DNA of 61,391 nucleotides, counting the filler, from Platydemus manokwari (taxonomy: Eukaryota), in assembly GCA_037951405.1 (NCBI GenBank). It is 6 parts of 6 records of this genome, joined end to end, with 100 filler letters (N's around TTAATTAATTAA, not from the genome) between each part and the next. Parts side by side here need not be neighbours in the genome. Positions count along the whole stretch, not along the records: positions 1 to 10,652 come from JBBMOY011101776.1; 5 more parts are not named here. One strand, written 5' to 3'. Positions 1-10,752 of the stretch are shown here, one piece after another. The stretch's first letter is position 1. The number at the start of each line of letters is the position of its first letter. The notes below the pieces were generated by a model. That model made no database searches. It saw only the letters and a list, made by a program, of their open reading frames with translations, and was not told the DNA's origin. The position numbers were made by a program, and so were the translations under genes.

Positions 1-779
1 TTTTGTTTGTCTAAATCAATTAATTAAAAATAATAAGCAATTTCCGAGGTCGGAAAATTGACATAAAATCAGTACAGGTGAAGGCCAATGTACCAACTGG
101 TGAAGTTGGTGAAAGATTGCCCTTTGGAGTATCTTGGATATGAAGAATCGACGAAAGTGTTTCGACCGATTATTTAATAAATAAATACCAATTAGTAAAT
201 CTGATGCTGAACCAACACAAGATAATAATGGACTCATTTACTGCACAGTACTGCAGTGAATTAACGATTAAGATATCATAGAATTTTCGAGTTTAGACCA
301 CACATTCTTATCGTTGCAAGTAAACCCAGAATCAGAAGACGCTTATTATTGAAATATTTTTTCCAAGAAGCCATTAGAAGCAGGAAGTTATTGATTTATT
401 TAAATTGTTATCTTTATTTCTAAAAATTGTAGTATTCTGGAAGTTAAAACCCTTGATAATAGTATGCCATAAATTGTAGTGAGTGATATTTGAGGATACA
501 ATTCCTGAATATTGGTGCTGTAGAAAAAGTAAATAGCATTGTGCGTAAGTGACAAAGCCAGCCACAGCTTCTCAGTCAGTATTTCCAAATTGGTATAAGG
601 TCAAGTTCCGTTTTTACTGTTGAACTTATATTTAATTGTTAATCTCTTGGCTCTAATTTTTCTGTACAAAAAAATTGAACTTTTTAGTAAAAATAAATCT
701 TAGGGATCAACATGTCTTTTGAAGCAAGATATAGTTCTAGTACGAGTATTTGTAGACACGGGGTATACCCAACATTATG

Positions 780-780
<1 letters not shown>

Positions 781-842
<62 letters not shown>
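781..842. repeat. (TTA)20 microsatellite
   Basis: Perfect TTA run at 781-840 plus TT; it explains the poly-Tyr ORF 719..907. Confidence 0.98.
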
Positions 843-2515
843 GTAATTATTATTCGAAATTACAGCTTAAATTAAGATCGCTTAGAATAAAGCAAAAATC
901 TAAATAATAGATTTTAATGCATACAAAATAATTCTAAAAGTCATCATCGACATCTCTTCAATGACGCAACAGATTTCTGCGGGCATTATTTATCAATAAT
1001 TATTTATTATAAAAAATCAATTAGGTTTTTTACAAACTACGTTGTCAAGTATTAATGGGATCAAAAATCATTGATCGAACACGTTTGTTTATGATAAATT
1101 GTTATTGTTGCTATATTTTTTTTATAGAAACGCACACATTGATATGTATCCATATATAGAATGATTTTTTCCATTACATAATTCGAGTCTGAAACATGTG
1201 CTGCCTGAGGCAACATGAGAAAGCAATTCGACACGAAAATACTTAAACTTAAGCAATTATATACAGAGAGAAATAGAATATGTCTTTTTTCTTCAATTTA
1301 AAACTCGATTGCACATTGTGTAAAAAATCCCATTTGTACAAAAACAAATCAAAAGTATGCTAATCTCAAGGCCAAAAGAGAAAAAAGAGATATTCCAATG
1401 TAAGGAATCGTCAATTAACCCAATAATTCAATTCCATTACATCTATGAAAGTCAGTTGTAAATGAAATGGGAAAAAGTTATTACGAATTCGGCGCCTAAA
1501 TGCTAAGTTAATAGTAATACATGTATACTATTCGGTAATACTGCAGATGTTGACGTTGAGATGGTATCCGAAAACGAGCTTCGTAATCTATTTGTAAATT
1601 TATTTCTAAGTACTCCAAAGATGTCATGCTTACAGCTTGTTTTTCGGGCGGCAACCACCTACAGCGTATTTTTGTATTTAGCGAACAAATCACAGATGCG
1701 CTATCATCATAGGAGACATTTATGGCTTACATTTTTCTAAGAGTTTTTTTGTGTTCAGTGTGCTTGGTAAAGGGGAAAGCAAATACTTGACCTTAATATG
1801 TGCCAATCTACCTTTGAAGTTAAAATGTTCTCCACCAATTTTTCAATATATGTTTGATTTTCGATTCCAAATTATACATTTTTCGCATCAATATTTTTAT
1901 TACTGTTCGTTGTAAGAAAATTGCAATTTCGATACATTGTAGATACATATGGGATATATAGAGATACACACAATAACATTGACCAAGAGAATTAACTGCT
2001 TGCTACTTATCTTCATTTAGTTTCAATTAGTTGAAAAATGGAACGTTTTTGTCTTTGGATTATATTTTTCTGGTGTATTATCAATAACCGGTGTTCTATT
2101 TTTATCGATTAATTACGAAGGCAAAATTAATAGCACAGGATTTGTTTTAATGAATTTATTCAGTCGATATTTCAACTGAGCGACTTTCAAGGGTTTTATA
2201 ATTGCAGTTATCGTGATAAGATTTTCCACATGTTTACGATTGATGAATACAAAACCAATAGCTGTTTAAACATATTTTCAAAAGGTGGTCAATTATTTAG
2301 TAACACATTATTGACTGGACACGAGTTTACTTGCTTCGGTACTTGGATTAAGTGTTTCAATTAATTTTTAAAATTCTAAGTAGTATGTTTCGTGGACCAA
2401 TTTTATGTTGATTTGACATGGTCTGTAAAATCAGAAATATCGAGCATTTGATTTTTTATTATTATTAAAGAATTAAGAAATTAGTGGATTCTACGTTTAT
2501 TAAATAAAAGAAATC

Positions 2516-5500
2516 TCAAGTCAAGTGCTCTTGAACAGTAGCCTGTTCTAATAATAAAAAAAGCGTATAGATAAAACTTAATAAACAAATACTTCCCGAC
2601 AGACACCAAATCGTGGAAATAGTGATGTACGTTAGTGCAGAATTTGAATTGGTGGAGATCTTGTTGAATTTAAATTTATAATTCAAAGAATCTTTACAGA
2701 AACTTTCAGTTTCATGAATATTTGTCTGAGGCGTGATTGGATTTTCTTTCCATTTATCTGGATCTAGTTTATCTTCAATAAGCGATTCACTATTAACTCG
2801 ATCAACGGACAGATTTTTGCATTCTCGCAATTCAAATGGTCTTGAACATAAAAAGTTAATGATCAAGTTTGGAATCGAAACAATGGATCGAAATTTATCG
2901 ACTTGACTTTCAGCGGGATATAGGTCACTAACAAAATTTAATTTCCCATTTAAAAAATCGATTATAATAATTTTTTTATGATTAATAAGAACCTTTGTCA
3001 AAGTAAAACTGAGAACAAACGATTGGGTTAGGAATTTTTCTGATGAAATCGTTGAAGAAATACATGTGAGCTTGTTATGTTGCTTCAATGAGATTTTGGA
3101 ATTTTCAGCTTTAATTGCCCGACTTTGTGTCGTTGGACGATGAAATATTTTGAAAATTAACTCAATGAAAACCTTTTCTTTGGTCGAATGGCACAATATC
3201 TCTAAACATTTCTTAACTGTTTGATTTTTATTAGCTTCATTCTCATTTGTGAAAACTGAACTACCGTTACGGGTTTGAAACAGATATAGATCTAGAATGG
3301 AACTTATCAATAATTTATCTTGCAAATCTTTATTCGGAATCTTTTCCCAAATAGTGAATTTTCCGTTTGTAATCACCGTTTCCGATTCTTCAATGATTTT
3401 ATTTATGGTTTCAGATAAGACAGCTCTTACCGATTTATAAGAAAAAGAATTTTTCATTTCGAGTTTATCTTCGATATAATTTATAACCATCTCTTCTTCC
3501 CAGTCGAGATTCATCAATTCGAAAATTATTCTCAAATATTTATTTTCTGAATCTAGTATTGAATTGAGAACTTCTTCCAGAAGTTTATTCCGGATTTCTA
3601 TTTGTAAAATAATAAGGACATTCTTCAATTTTTGTTCACACCTATAAATAGTTTTAGATAAAGATTTATCTTGTTCGTTATTTTTGATTTTACTTTCACT
3701 ATAAGTTGTTGAGCTCACATAATAACTGGATATATATGAATTTAAAATGAACTCAGATTCGGTATTTAGAAGCCTATCCAATGAAACTTCAAAAACATCT
3801 TTCATTTGGCTTGTTTTATAATGTGGTTTCTTATCAACGAATGAACAATCGAGTTTATTAGACTTTCTTCTATTTCTGTGAATCGATTTCCGGTTGATAT
3901 CTTTTATCATCTCATTTCCAGTAGCCGGTTTATTTGGTTTTATTTTGGAATATAAATCGTATTTTTCTTTTCTCGATAAGGATTCCACAATCTCGAAGGA
4001 AATAAATTTCTCTTTCGCTTTCTCGAAATTCACACCAGTATTGATATTGTTCTCGATTTTCATTTTCAATGATGGGCTTTCGATTGAATTCTTCTCAACA
4101 TTTGATAACACAGATTCAGGTGATATTTTTCTTTCTAGGTTAATTTCACCACATTTTCTATAATTTGGAAATAAAACTCTTTGATGAGGTTTATTTCCAG
4201 AAATTCCGATGATTCTTTGAGAGGGAATTGTATCGGTATTAGGATTTTCAGATTCTGTACTTGTTATATATTTTGCTTTTTCAGTGCTATTGGCTTTACG
4301 GTTAGGAGGAGGTTTAATTTTGAAATCTTTATCATTAAACGAGACGTCTTTAGAAGTAAATGAATATTGAGGTTTTCTCAAGTCTTCATAATTAGTGAAT
4401 TCAAAAAAGTCATTCATGAAATCCTTTATAAGATTACGTTGTATCAAAGATACTATTCTACCAGCTTGTGTAGACAAGTTAATATCGATAACATAAGAAC
4501 TTCCACCGGGTTTGGTTTTTTTTATTATCATATTTGATGAATTTGATTTGTATAAGATAGGGCATCTGCTATTCATTTCTAAAATATCGACCTTGAAATA
4601 GTTTTCTGTCGTATCATTACGATTTTTGTGAGCGAATTCATTAACAATTAATTGTCCTTCATTTTTAATTTCTTTAAATTCTTGTACTGTCGTATTTGAT
4701 TTAGAATGTGTTTTGACATTTTGATGGATTGAATTGAAATGGTTTAAAATCGAATTACCATTCATATCTGGAACATGATTTTCTGAAGGTTCTTTGTGGT
4801 TTATCGATTCAGATTCACATGTTTCTATTGACAGGCAGGTAAAATATTGTTCATCCTCGAAATAATTATTAGGTATCATCATCTCAGTAATTTGATTAGG
4901 AATTATCGATTCACTGACAATCTTGTTGTTAGGACCAATTAATAAATTATCTTGTCCAGAGCTAATTTCATTTATCTCATGTAAGAATTTTCTTTTGTTA
5001 TCATTATTGTCTTTGACTGATGGAAGGTTTTCATCTACAATTCTCTCATGTTCTTCATTCTCCATTGTGGTAAAATCAGTTGTTTTATTATCAGTGTTTC
5101 CACCTTCACCAAACTTTCCTAATGATTTACAAGAAAAGTATCTGTCTGGATCTAAGACGATTTTCAAATGTTGGTTAGCACCAGTCTTTATCAAGCCCAG
5201 CTCTTCTATGGATTCGTTTATAAAATTAGATATATCATCTAATTCAGTCGTCGATATAGATTCCGTTACTTCAATGATGATTTTAGAAAAACGTTTGGAG
5301 TTGTCGACTTCTTTGTATGATAATCTCACTTCTCTGTCTAAGTAATGATGTATATAACTTTCAATTATAAGGTCGAGCATGATATTCTTTAGAATTTCAT
5401 TCAAAACTAATTCTCCTTGATTCTTAATAAACAAATTTGAAAAATCAGATGAATCAATTTCGTTATTATAATCTTTGGTTATTAATTCCAGATAATTTTT

Positions 5501-6538
5501 AAATTTTTGATTGGCAAGGTTGACTTCATTGTTATCCTTATTTAATTCTCTATTTTCTGAATGCAAACCTACTTTGGATATCTCGTTTAAATCACTAAAT
5601 GAGCCAATAGTTTCATTTTCAGAGGTATTTGGATTGTGTAAAAAATTTTCATTGGGATTTACAGTAGACTTCAATTCGATTTTATGTTTTCGGTCTTTAT
5701 ACACAAAAGGAGTTTGAACATATTCAGAAGATTTGTTCAAATTATCAATACCATCCAAACTATTAATCCAACCTTCTACTATTTCGGAAGTTGGTTGAAA
5801 TTCATGAATAATCTCCAATTTATTACTTAGAACATTTTCTTGAATTAGTAAGTCGTTATTAGGAGTATTTATTATGGAATTATTTTGCCCTGGAACTTGT
5901 GAAACCTTTTTTACTTCAATTAATACTTGTCCTTCTTCGCTATGACCTATTTCCACTCCAATTGATTCGCGATAATTAACTGCTATCGTTCCATCATCAT
6001 TTTTCAAAGTTACATTAGTAAATGTCTCTGGTGATTTTCCTTTCATCAAATCATTAGTCTTATGAAACATATCAGGATCAACATGCTGATGACTCGAAAC
6101 TTTTGATTTTACCTTACTACTTTTGTCAATATTTTCAATTTCATTTTCAGTTTCAATATTAAGTTTGATTTGTGATACCAAAGCTTTCACGTCGTTTTCT
6201 AAGCTGGGATCGTAAAGTTTCACGCTTGAATCGTTTGGTTCATTGATTTCCCTACATTCTATTTTTTCTTTCTTTGAAAATCGAATTGATAATTTCAAAA
6301 ATAGATCACCAATATTTTTTGATTCATTTAATTCCTTGAAAAAGTCCGATAAGAAAAGATCTCGATGACTGATATCCATCATTGCTAATTCTGTGATAAG
6401 TGGACGAGCAATTGATCTCATCATATAACTATATATTACCATGTCTATGAGTTTATTTGCTACTTCGACAGCACACTCTTTTCGAGTTGAAAGCTGAGGG
6501 CAAATAAGGTACAGGCTATGCTTACATTGCCAAGCCAT
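2516..6538 (-). CDS. Uncharacterised 1340-aa protein (N/S/E/K/I-rich) with a single C-terminal hydrophobic helix; true 5' end uncertain
   Basis: 4 kb stop-free frame in very AT-rich DNA; C-terminal LTYITISTIWCLSGSICLLSFIYTLFLLL followed by 10 residues; AATAAA about 15 nt after the stop (plus-strand TTTATT 2496-2501). No domain recognised. Confidence 0.85.
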   Translation of the reverse strand: MAWQCKHSLYLICPQLSTRKECAVEVANKLIDMVIYSYMMRSIARPLITELAMMDISHRDLFLSDFFKELNESKNIGDLFLKLSIRFSKKEKIECREINEPNDSSVKLYDPSLENDVKALVSQIKLNIETENEIENIDKSSKVKSKVSSHQHVDPDMFHKTNDLMKGKSPETFTNVTLKNDDGTIAVNYRESIGVEIGHSEEGQVLIEVKKVSQVPGQNNSIINTPNNDLLIQENVLSNKLEIIHEFQPTSEIVEGWINSLDGIDNLNKSSEYVQTPFVYKDRKHKIELKSTVNPNENFLHNPNTSENETIGSFSDLNEISKVGLHSENRELNKDNNEVNLANQKFKNYLELITKDYNNEIDSSDFSNLFIKNQGELVLNEILKNIMLDLIIESYIHHYLDREVRLSYKEVDNSKRFSKIIIEVTESISTTELDDISNFINESIEELGLIKTGANQHLKIVLDPDRYFSCKSLGKFGEGGNTDNKTTDFTTMENEEHERIVDENLPSVKDNNDNKRKFLHEINEISSGQDNLLIGPNNKIVSESIIPNQITEMMIPNNYFEDEQYFTCLSIETCESESINHKEPSENHVPDMNGNSILNHFNSIHQNVKTHSKSNTTVQEFKEIKNEGQLIVNEFAHKNRNDTTENYFKVDILEMNSRCPILYKSNSSNMIIKKTKPGGSSYVIDINLSTQAGRIVSLIQRNLIKDFMNDFFEFTNYEDLRKPQYSFTSKDVSFNDKDFKIKPPPNRKANSTEKAKYITSTESENPNTDTIPSQRIIGISGNKPHQRVLFPNYRKCGEINLERKISPESVLSNVEKNSIESPSLKMKIENNINTGVNFEKAKEKFISFEIVESLSRKEKYDLYSKIKPNKPATGNEMIKDINRKSIHRNRRKSNKLDCSFVDKKPHYKTSQMKDVFEVSLDRLLNTESEFILNSYISSYYVSSTTYSESKIKNNEQDKSLSKTIYRCEQKLKNVLIILQIEIRNKLLEEVLNSILDSENKYLRIIFELMNLDWEEEMVINYIEDKLEMKNSFSYKSVRAVLSETINKIIEESETVITNGKFTIWEKIPNKDLQDKLLISSILDLYLFQTRNGSSVFTNENEANKNQTVKKCLEILCHSTKEKVFIELIFKIFHRPTTQSRAIKAENSKISLKQHNKLTCISSTISSEKFLTQSFVLSFTLTKVLINHKKIIIIDFLNGKLNFVSDLYPAESQVDKFRSIVSIPNLIINFLCSRPFELRECKNLSVDRVNSESLIEDKLDPDKWKENPITPQTNIHETESFCKDSLNYKFKFNKISTNSNSALTYITISTIWCLSGSICLLSFIYTLFLLLEQATVQEHLT

Positions 6539-7583
6539 AAAAGAATGTCCGGCTATGATTCTATGATAAACTTATGTGATATATCGTCAATAGTATTATC
6601 GATTTGGATTTCTTTTTCATAATTATTTTTCTAATTGATAGCTAGTGTTATTTTATGAATTCATGATTCGATAATTATTAATTGATTAAGAATGTTAATG
6701 TTTACCGCTAATCAGACAACAATTATTCCAAACTACAAGTTGAAATCAAGGAAGTTAGATACTGAAATTTGTGAGGAAATATTGATACTCATGTGTAATA
6801 ATAGCAAGGTTCTTATAGACAACAACACTGGTTTTCAAGCGACAAGCCACTATATAAAGAGTAGACCTTGATGCCCAAATAAAATTCCAATCTTCGAATT
6901 CCATTTTCTAAGAATTCCAAATCCAATTCAAATATTTTTTTATATTTATCTTTATTTTGACATCAAATATGGTGACACTTATCGGGCATTTATTGTGATA
7001 TTTATTTGATTATGTTTGCTTTGAATTGTAGTAGCCGACATTTATTATAAATTATTATTGAAATGTGTACAAAATACGATTATTTTTATAATTATTTTTA
7101 AGTCATAAAATATATATTGTTGGGTGTAATATATATAAAGTTACATTATATAATAATCAAATAAAAAATATAAATAAATATTAAACTTTTGTACAAATAA
7201 AAGATTGCTTTGTGGGTGACAATAAGATTTCATGAAAGTAAATAAGTAACCATGATTAATTCACTCTGCCATGGGAACAGCATGTGTAAGCATAGTGGTT
7301 CGAATTTAAATCACGCTGCCAACATATGAAATTTCTATAGAAAATGTCAAGTAATAACTGTTACAAACGTCCACAATCTGAAACTATATAAAAGCAAAAA
7401 CAATCAGCAATAATTTGCACAAAATTTCATATTTAACGTCACTCGAATTTACGAGATTTAAAATTACACATTGGAAAATATCAGTGGGCTATTGGACTCA
7501 ATCATGATCAGTTTCTTTTTACGAATTCATTGTTCAGCTTGGAATCTTCAATATTTCCAATTTCATTACCCTGGTAAATAGTA

Positions 7584-7630
7584 TAATAATAATAATAATT
7601 ATTATTATTATTATTAGTAGTAGTAGTAGT
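7584..7630. repeat. Compound microsatellite (TAA)5(TTA)n(TAG)n
   Basis: Read directly; 7584-7613 is a perfect (TAA)5(TTA)5 palindrome. Confidence 0.95.
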
Positions 7631-8329
7631 ATAATTAGCTTTTCCTCATGAATCTCTGATAGAAATATTAATAGTTTCCTCCACAAAGTCTTATTAGAAT
7701 TTGAAAGAGTCTAAAATCATATACTCCTTTAGTTTTCATATCGAAGTAGAGACCCACATAGTACAGTCTATCCATTTTTCACTCTTGACGTCACATCGCG
7801 CACTGCATATTTCTTAATTATTATTATAATGAATAAAAATATTATTTTGTTAATTTTTATTTATTTATATTAGTAGCACGCACCTAATTATATGTTAGTT
7901 GTCAGATCGTTGATGGAAACATTAATTATCGGCTTTTAACTACTTGTTGAATTAACAGTTTGAATTACCGGGAATATCTTGTTGATTTAAATCTATTAAA
8001 ATAATCTAAGTGAATTCCATAAATATTATTATTTATAAAATTTAAAAAGACAATATAATTTATAAAATATAAAAAGACAATTTATAAAAAAAAAGAATAA
8101 AATAAAAGTCATAATAAGTAAAATTGATTAAGTTTAGTTATAATAGTAATTTAAAAGGTCAACAAATCCAAAATTCAACATCAAAAATAAAATGAATAAC
8201 GGTCCAAAAAGTCAGAAAAATAATAAATTTTTGAAAGACAATAACAAAAATTCAAAATGATCAACAGGTACAAAGCATCCAAAGTCAACTTCTACATAAG
8301 CCTATCGGAAAACGGTAATAATCAAAATC

Positions 8330-8560
8330 ACACTAAATCTTGATAAACTAAACTCAACTTCGCTTCGATTTAGATCTTAAGAATATTTACGAATATTGAT
8401 CATTCCGTAATTACATTGGAAAGCTATTCATAGAACTTTCATCAAAATGAAATAAATTAATGATAAATAAATCAATAAACATATTATTTGAAAATCTGTA
8501 CATCTAAAATCCTTAAGATCTTGATCAAGTTCACGCGGTCTCATCAAGATCGCTACACTT
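8330..8560 (-). mobile_element. Possible CR1/L2-type LINE ORF2 3' remnant
   Basis: Minus strand, with a frameshift, reads KVL-(W)NSFPM*LRND..IF, resembling the LWNSLP..LR..FK tail; shares the 13-mer GGTCTCATCAAGA (8537-8549) with 36554-36566. Confidence 0.3.
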
Positions 8561-9272
8561 ATTGTTGTAAAATTGCGAATGAGCAAAACTGTCCTATTTG
8601 ATTTGTAATTAAATTTGATTTGTAATATTGATTTGTAATCAATAAAAATTAAAAAAAAATAATTTGTGCTTGATAACGTAATTAAAACTACATCACATAA
8701 ATTAATATATATCTTATCACGAACTCACGCTTTTGAGTTTACTAACAGGTTTCAAACAACACAAGCCTGGTATTATTTGATTATCGCATACACCTAATTA
8801 TTATAATTGTGTCACCATTAAATAAATTATATAATCGTTATTTTTTATATTTATCCAATCAAACTACTTCCACTAAACTTGCCTCATTGCTCCAGGGTAA
8901 ATTCCCGATATCAATAAACCATATATCATTTAATCGTGCAAAAATCAAACTAATATCTAAGAGTTTATAATTTGCTAACTATTGTCAAGATTTAGGGGTT
9001 AGCCAAACCCATTTGTGAATAAACAATGATCAACTCTTGATAAAAACAATTCGTGACAATATCACTGCTTATGAATGTATAAAAGTGATAATCATTGACA
9101 TTGATGTATAATCACGAAGCAGTTCTTATTTCAAAAATAACACTTGACATGCTAGCAAATGCCAAAAACTGTAGAGTAATTCTAAGTGTTTGATGTTTCA
9201 ATATTAATAAATATTTAATAAAATTCTTTTCAAAACTGTCTTTGATTATTTTAATCAAAACATTATTTAAAT

Positions 9273-9509
9273 CAGGGGTCTCCAAAGTACGGCCCTCCAA
9301 GCTTACTATGAAACACGCGAACATTATGACAAAATTTAAAACATGTGTTATTCGATGTAAGATATTAAAACTTTTTGAAAATAACAGGATAATTAATAAA
9401 AAATATTTTGGCTAATTTTAGTTTTTTGTAAACCTATCATAGTTTTGGCCCACCAAATTTTAAAAAATCAGCAATGTGGCCCTTTGCTGAAAAAGTTTGG
9501 AGACCCCTG
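9273..9509. mobile_element. Non-autonomous hAT (Charlie/Buster-type) MITE, 237 bp
   Basis: Perfect 14-bp TIRs CAGGGGTCTCCAAA / TTTGGAGACCCCTG; internal GGCCC motifs; flanks ATTTAAAT / TTTTAGAA are a decayed 8-bp TSD with central TA (5/8 match). Confidence 0.9.
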
Positions 9510-9959
9510 TTTTAGAACCCTTGATAATTCATTATTTATTATTCAGCTCGTACGCTGATTGTGTAACAGCTTGTATATCTGTCATATAAATCAATAAACA
9601 TTTATTATATACGTTGTGTTGTTATTATATAGTTGTCATAAGTGCTAGTAGTAAGTGCTAGTATCCGCAATCCTTTAGAGTCAGATTGGTAAAGAAAATC
9701 GCTCAACTCTCGAGTTACGAAAACTCCACATTTGTTTTATTATGTTTAAATATTTTGGAATATCTACTTAAACATATTTTAGATTTATATTTGTTAAATT
9801 ATAATTTATAATATTTGTTGATTACTTTTCTGGGTTATTATCATTATTTTTCTTATTTACCATCTCACTAACATTCGTTTAGTGTTATTGTTACAGTTTT
9901 AGAATTTTGTTTGTTTAAACTAGTGAAATATAAACTTAGATAGTTTTCGTCCAATTCAA

Positions 9960-10320
9960 GAGTAAGAAACACTGCAGAGATAATAACAAATATACAAGCA
10001 TGATTTGCAGTGGAATTGAGGTAAAAAAATGATTGAAGGTTACAATCCAAAAGAAAGGAAGTTACAGCACAGCATTATAGATACTGAGCAGGACACAACA
10101 GGTGGAGACCCAAAATATAGAAGATCATTTATGACCGAATCTGACAGAAATTAAAGATAAATTAGTATTGCTTGAAGAGGAATTTACAGCTTGAAGTACG
10201 AATGACTTCAGATTCCAACTGGCAGTGACAACAATACAATAGGAAAACCTTAACGGATGCAAAAAGACAAGAAGACTACAAACAGAAAGGATTTTTAACA
10301 TCGAAATCAAAGAGGTGAGT
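9960..10320 (+). repeat. Diverged copy of an unclassified coding repeat family (see 23471-24080 and 41696-42179)
   Basis: Collinear peptide matches to the 23.5-24 kb copy: IEGYNPKE/VEGYNSRE, PNLTEIKDKL/PTVEDLKHRI, EFTA*STND..LAV/EFTAGNAND..LTV. Confidence 0.55.
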
Positions 10321-10569
10321 GCAATGTACACTGTTTCGATTTCTTAATCATTAGAATTCATAATTATTCATTGTATCAGGTAAATCTGTTAAAAACCACG
10401 AAAAATCATTATAAAAACATTTATGGACAGGCAAATATACTGTACTTGATAAGTCCGAAATAATTATATTAATTATAATAAAGTAGATTTCATGGTCAGT
10501 CTTAGGCGCCATACCCTGAATTTTCATAATATTATATATAATTATTACATTATCACTATACTTAATATA

Positions 10570-10652
10570 TTAGGATGGTGCAAAAATAATGGCCGTTATC
10601 TAACAGCAACTTTAAAAGACTATAACTCGCTTAAAAAATAAGTTTATTAATC
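10570..10652. mobile_element. Mariner terminal inverted repeat, element truncated by the assembly gap
   Basis: TA (10568-10569) then TTAGGATGGTGCAAAAATAATGGCCGTT, 24/28 identical to the Hsmar1 (cecropia-type) TIR TTAGGTTGGTGCAAAAGTAATTGCGGTT as I recall it. Confidence 0.75.
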
Positions 10653-10752
10653 NNNNNNNNNNNNNNNNNNNNNNNNNNNNNNNNNNNNNNNNNNNNTTAA
10701 TTAATTAANNNNNNNNNNNNNNNNNNNNNNNNNNNNNNNNNNNNNNNNNNNN
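10653..10752. other. Artificial contig spacer
   Basis: N44 + TTAATTAATTAA (stop codons in all six frames) + N44. Confidence 0.97.

Noticed and set aside
1-620. Coding-looking sequence and three short ORFs at the window start
   Set aside because: Stops in all frames and no recognisable motif; probably a decayed repeat.
719-907. Poly-Tyr ORF
   Set aside because: Artefact of the (TTA)n microsatellite.
1508-1730. Minus-strand SYDDSA...EYLEINL as a non-LTR RT relic
   Set aside because: Only loose resemblance to YADD and KYLG; too weak to call.
3894-5717. Plus-strand ORFs inside the 1340-aa gene
   Set aside because: Antisense shadows of the real CDS.
6740-6910. Minus-strand IWASRSTLYIVACRLKTSVVVY as an OTU-like fragment
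   Set aside because: Single weak motif with no catalytic Cys segment.
8598-8639. Three copies of TTGATTTGTAAT
   Set aside because: Simple slippage repeat; no unique spacers, so not CRISPR-like.
10697-10708. Recurrent TTAATTAATTAA as a biological motif, and ORFs with X runs
   Set aside because: Always centred in N runs; assembly linker.
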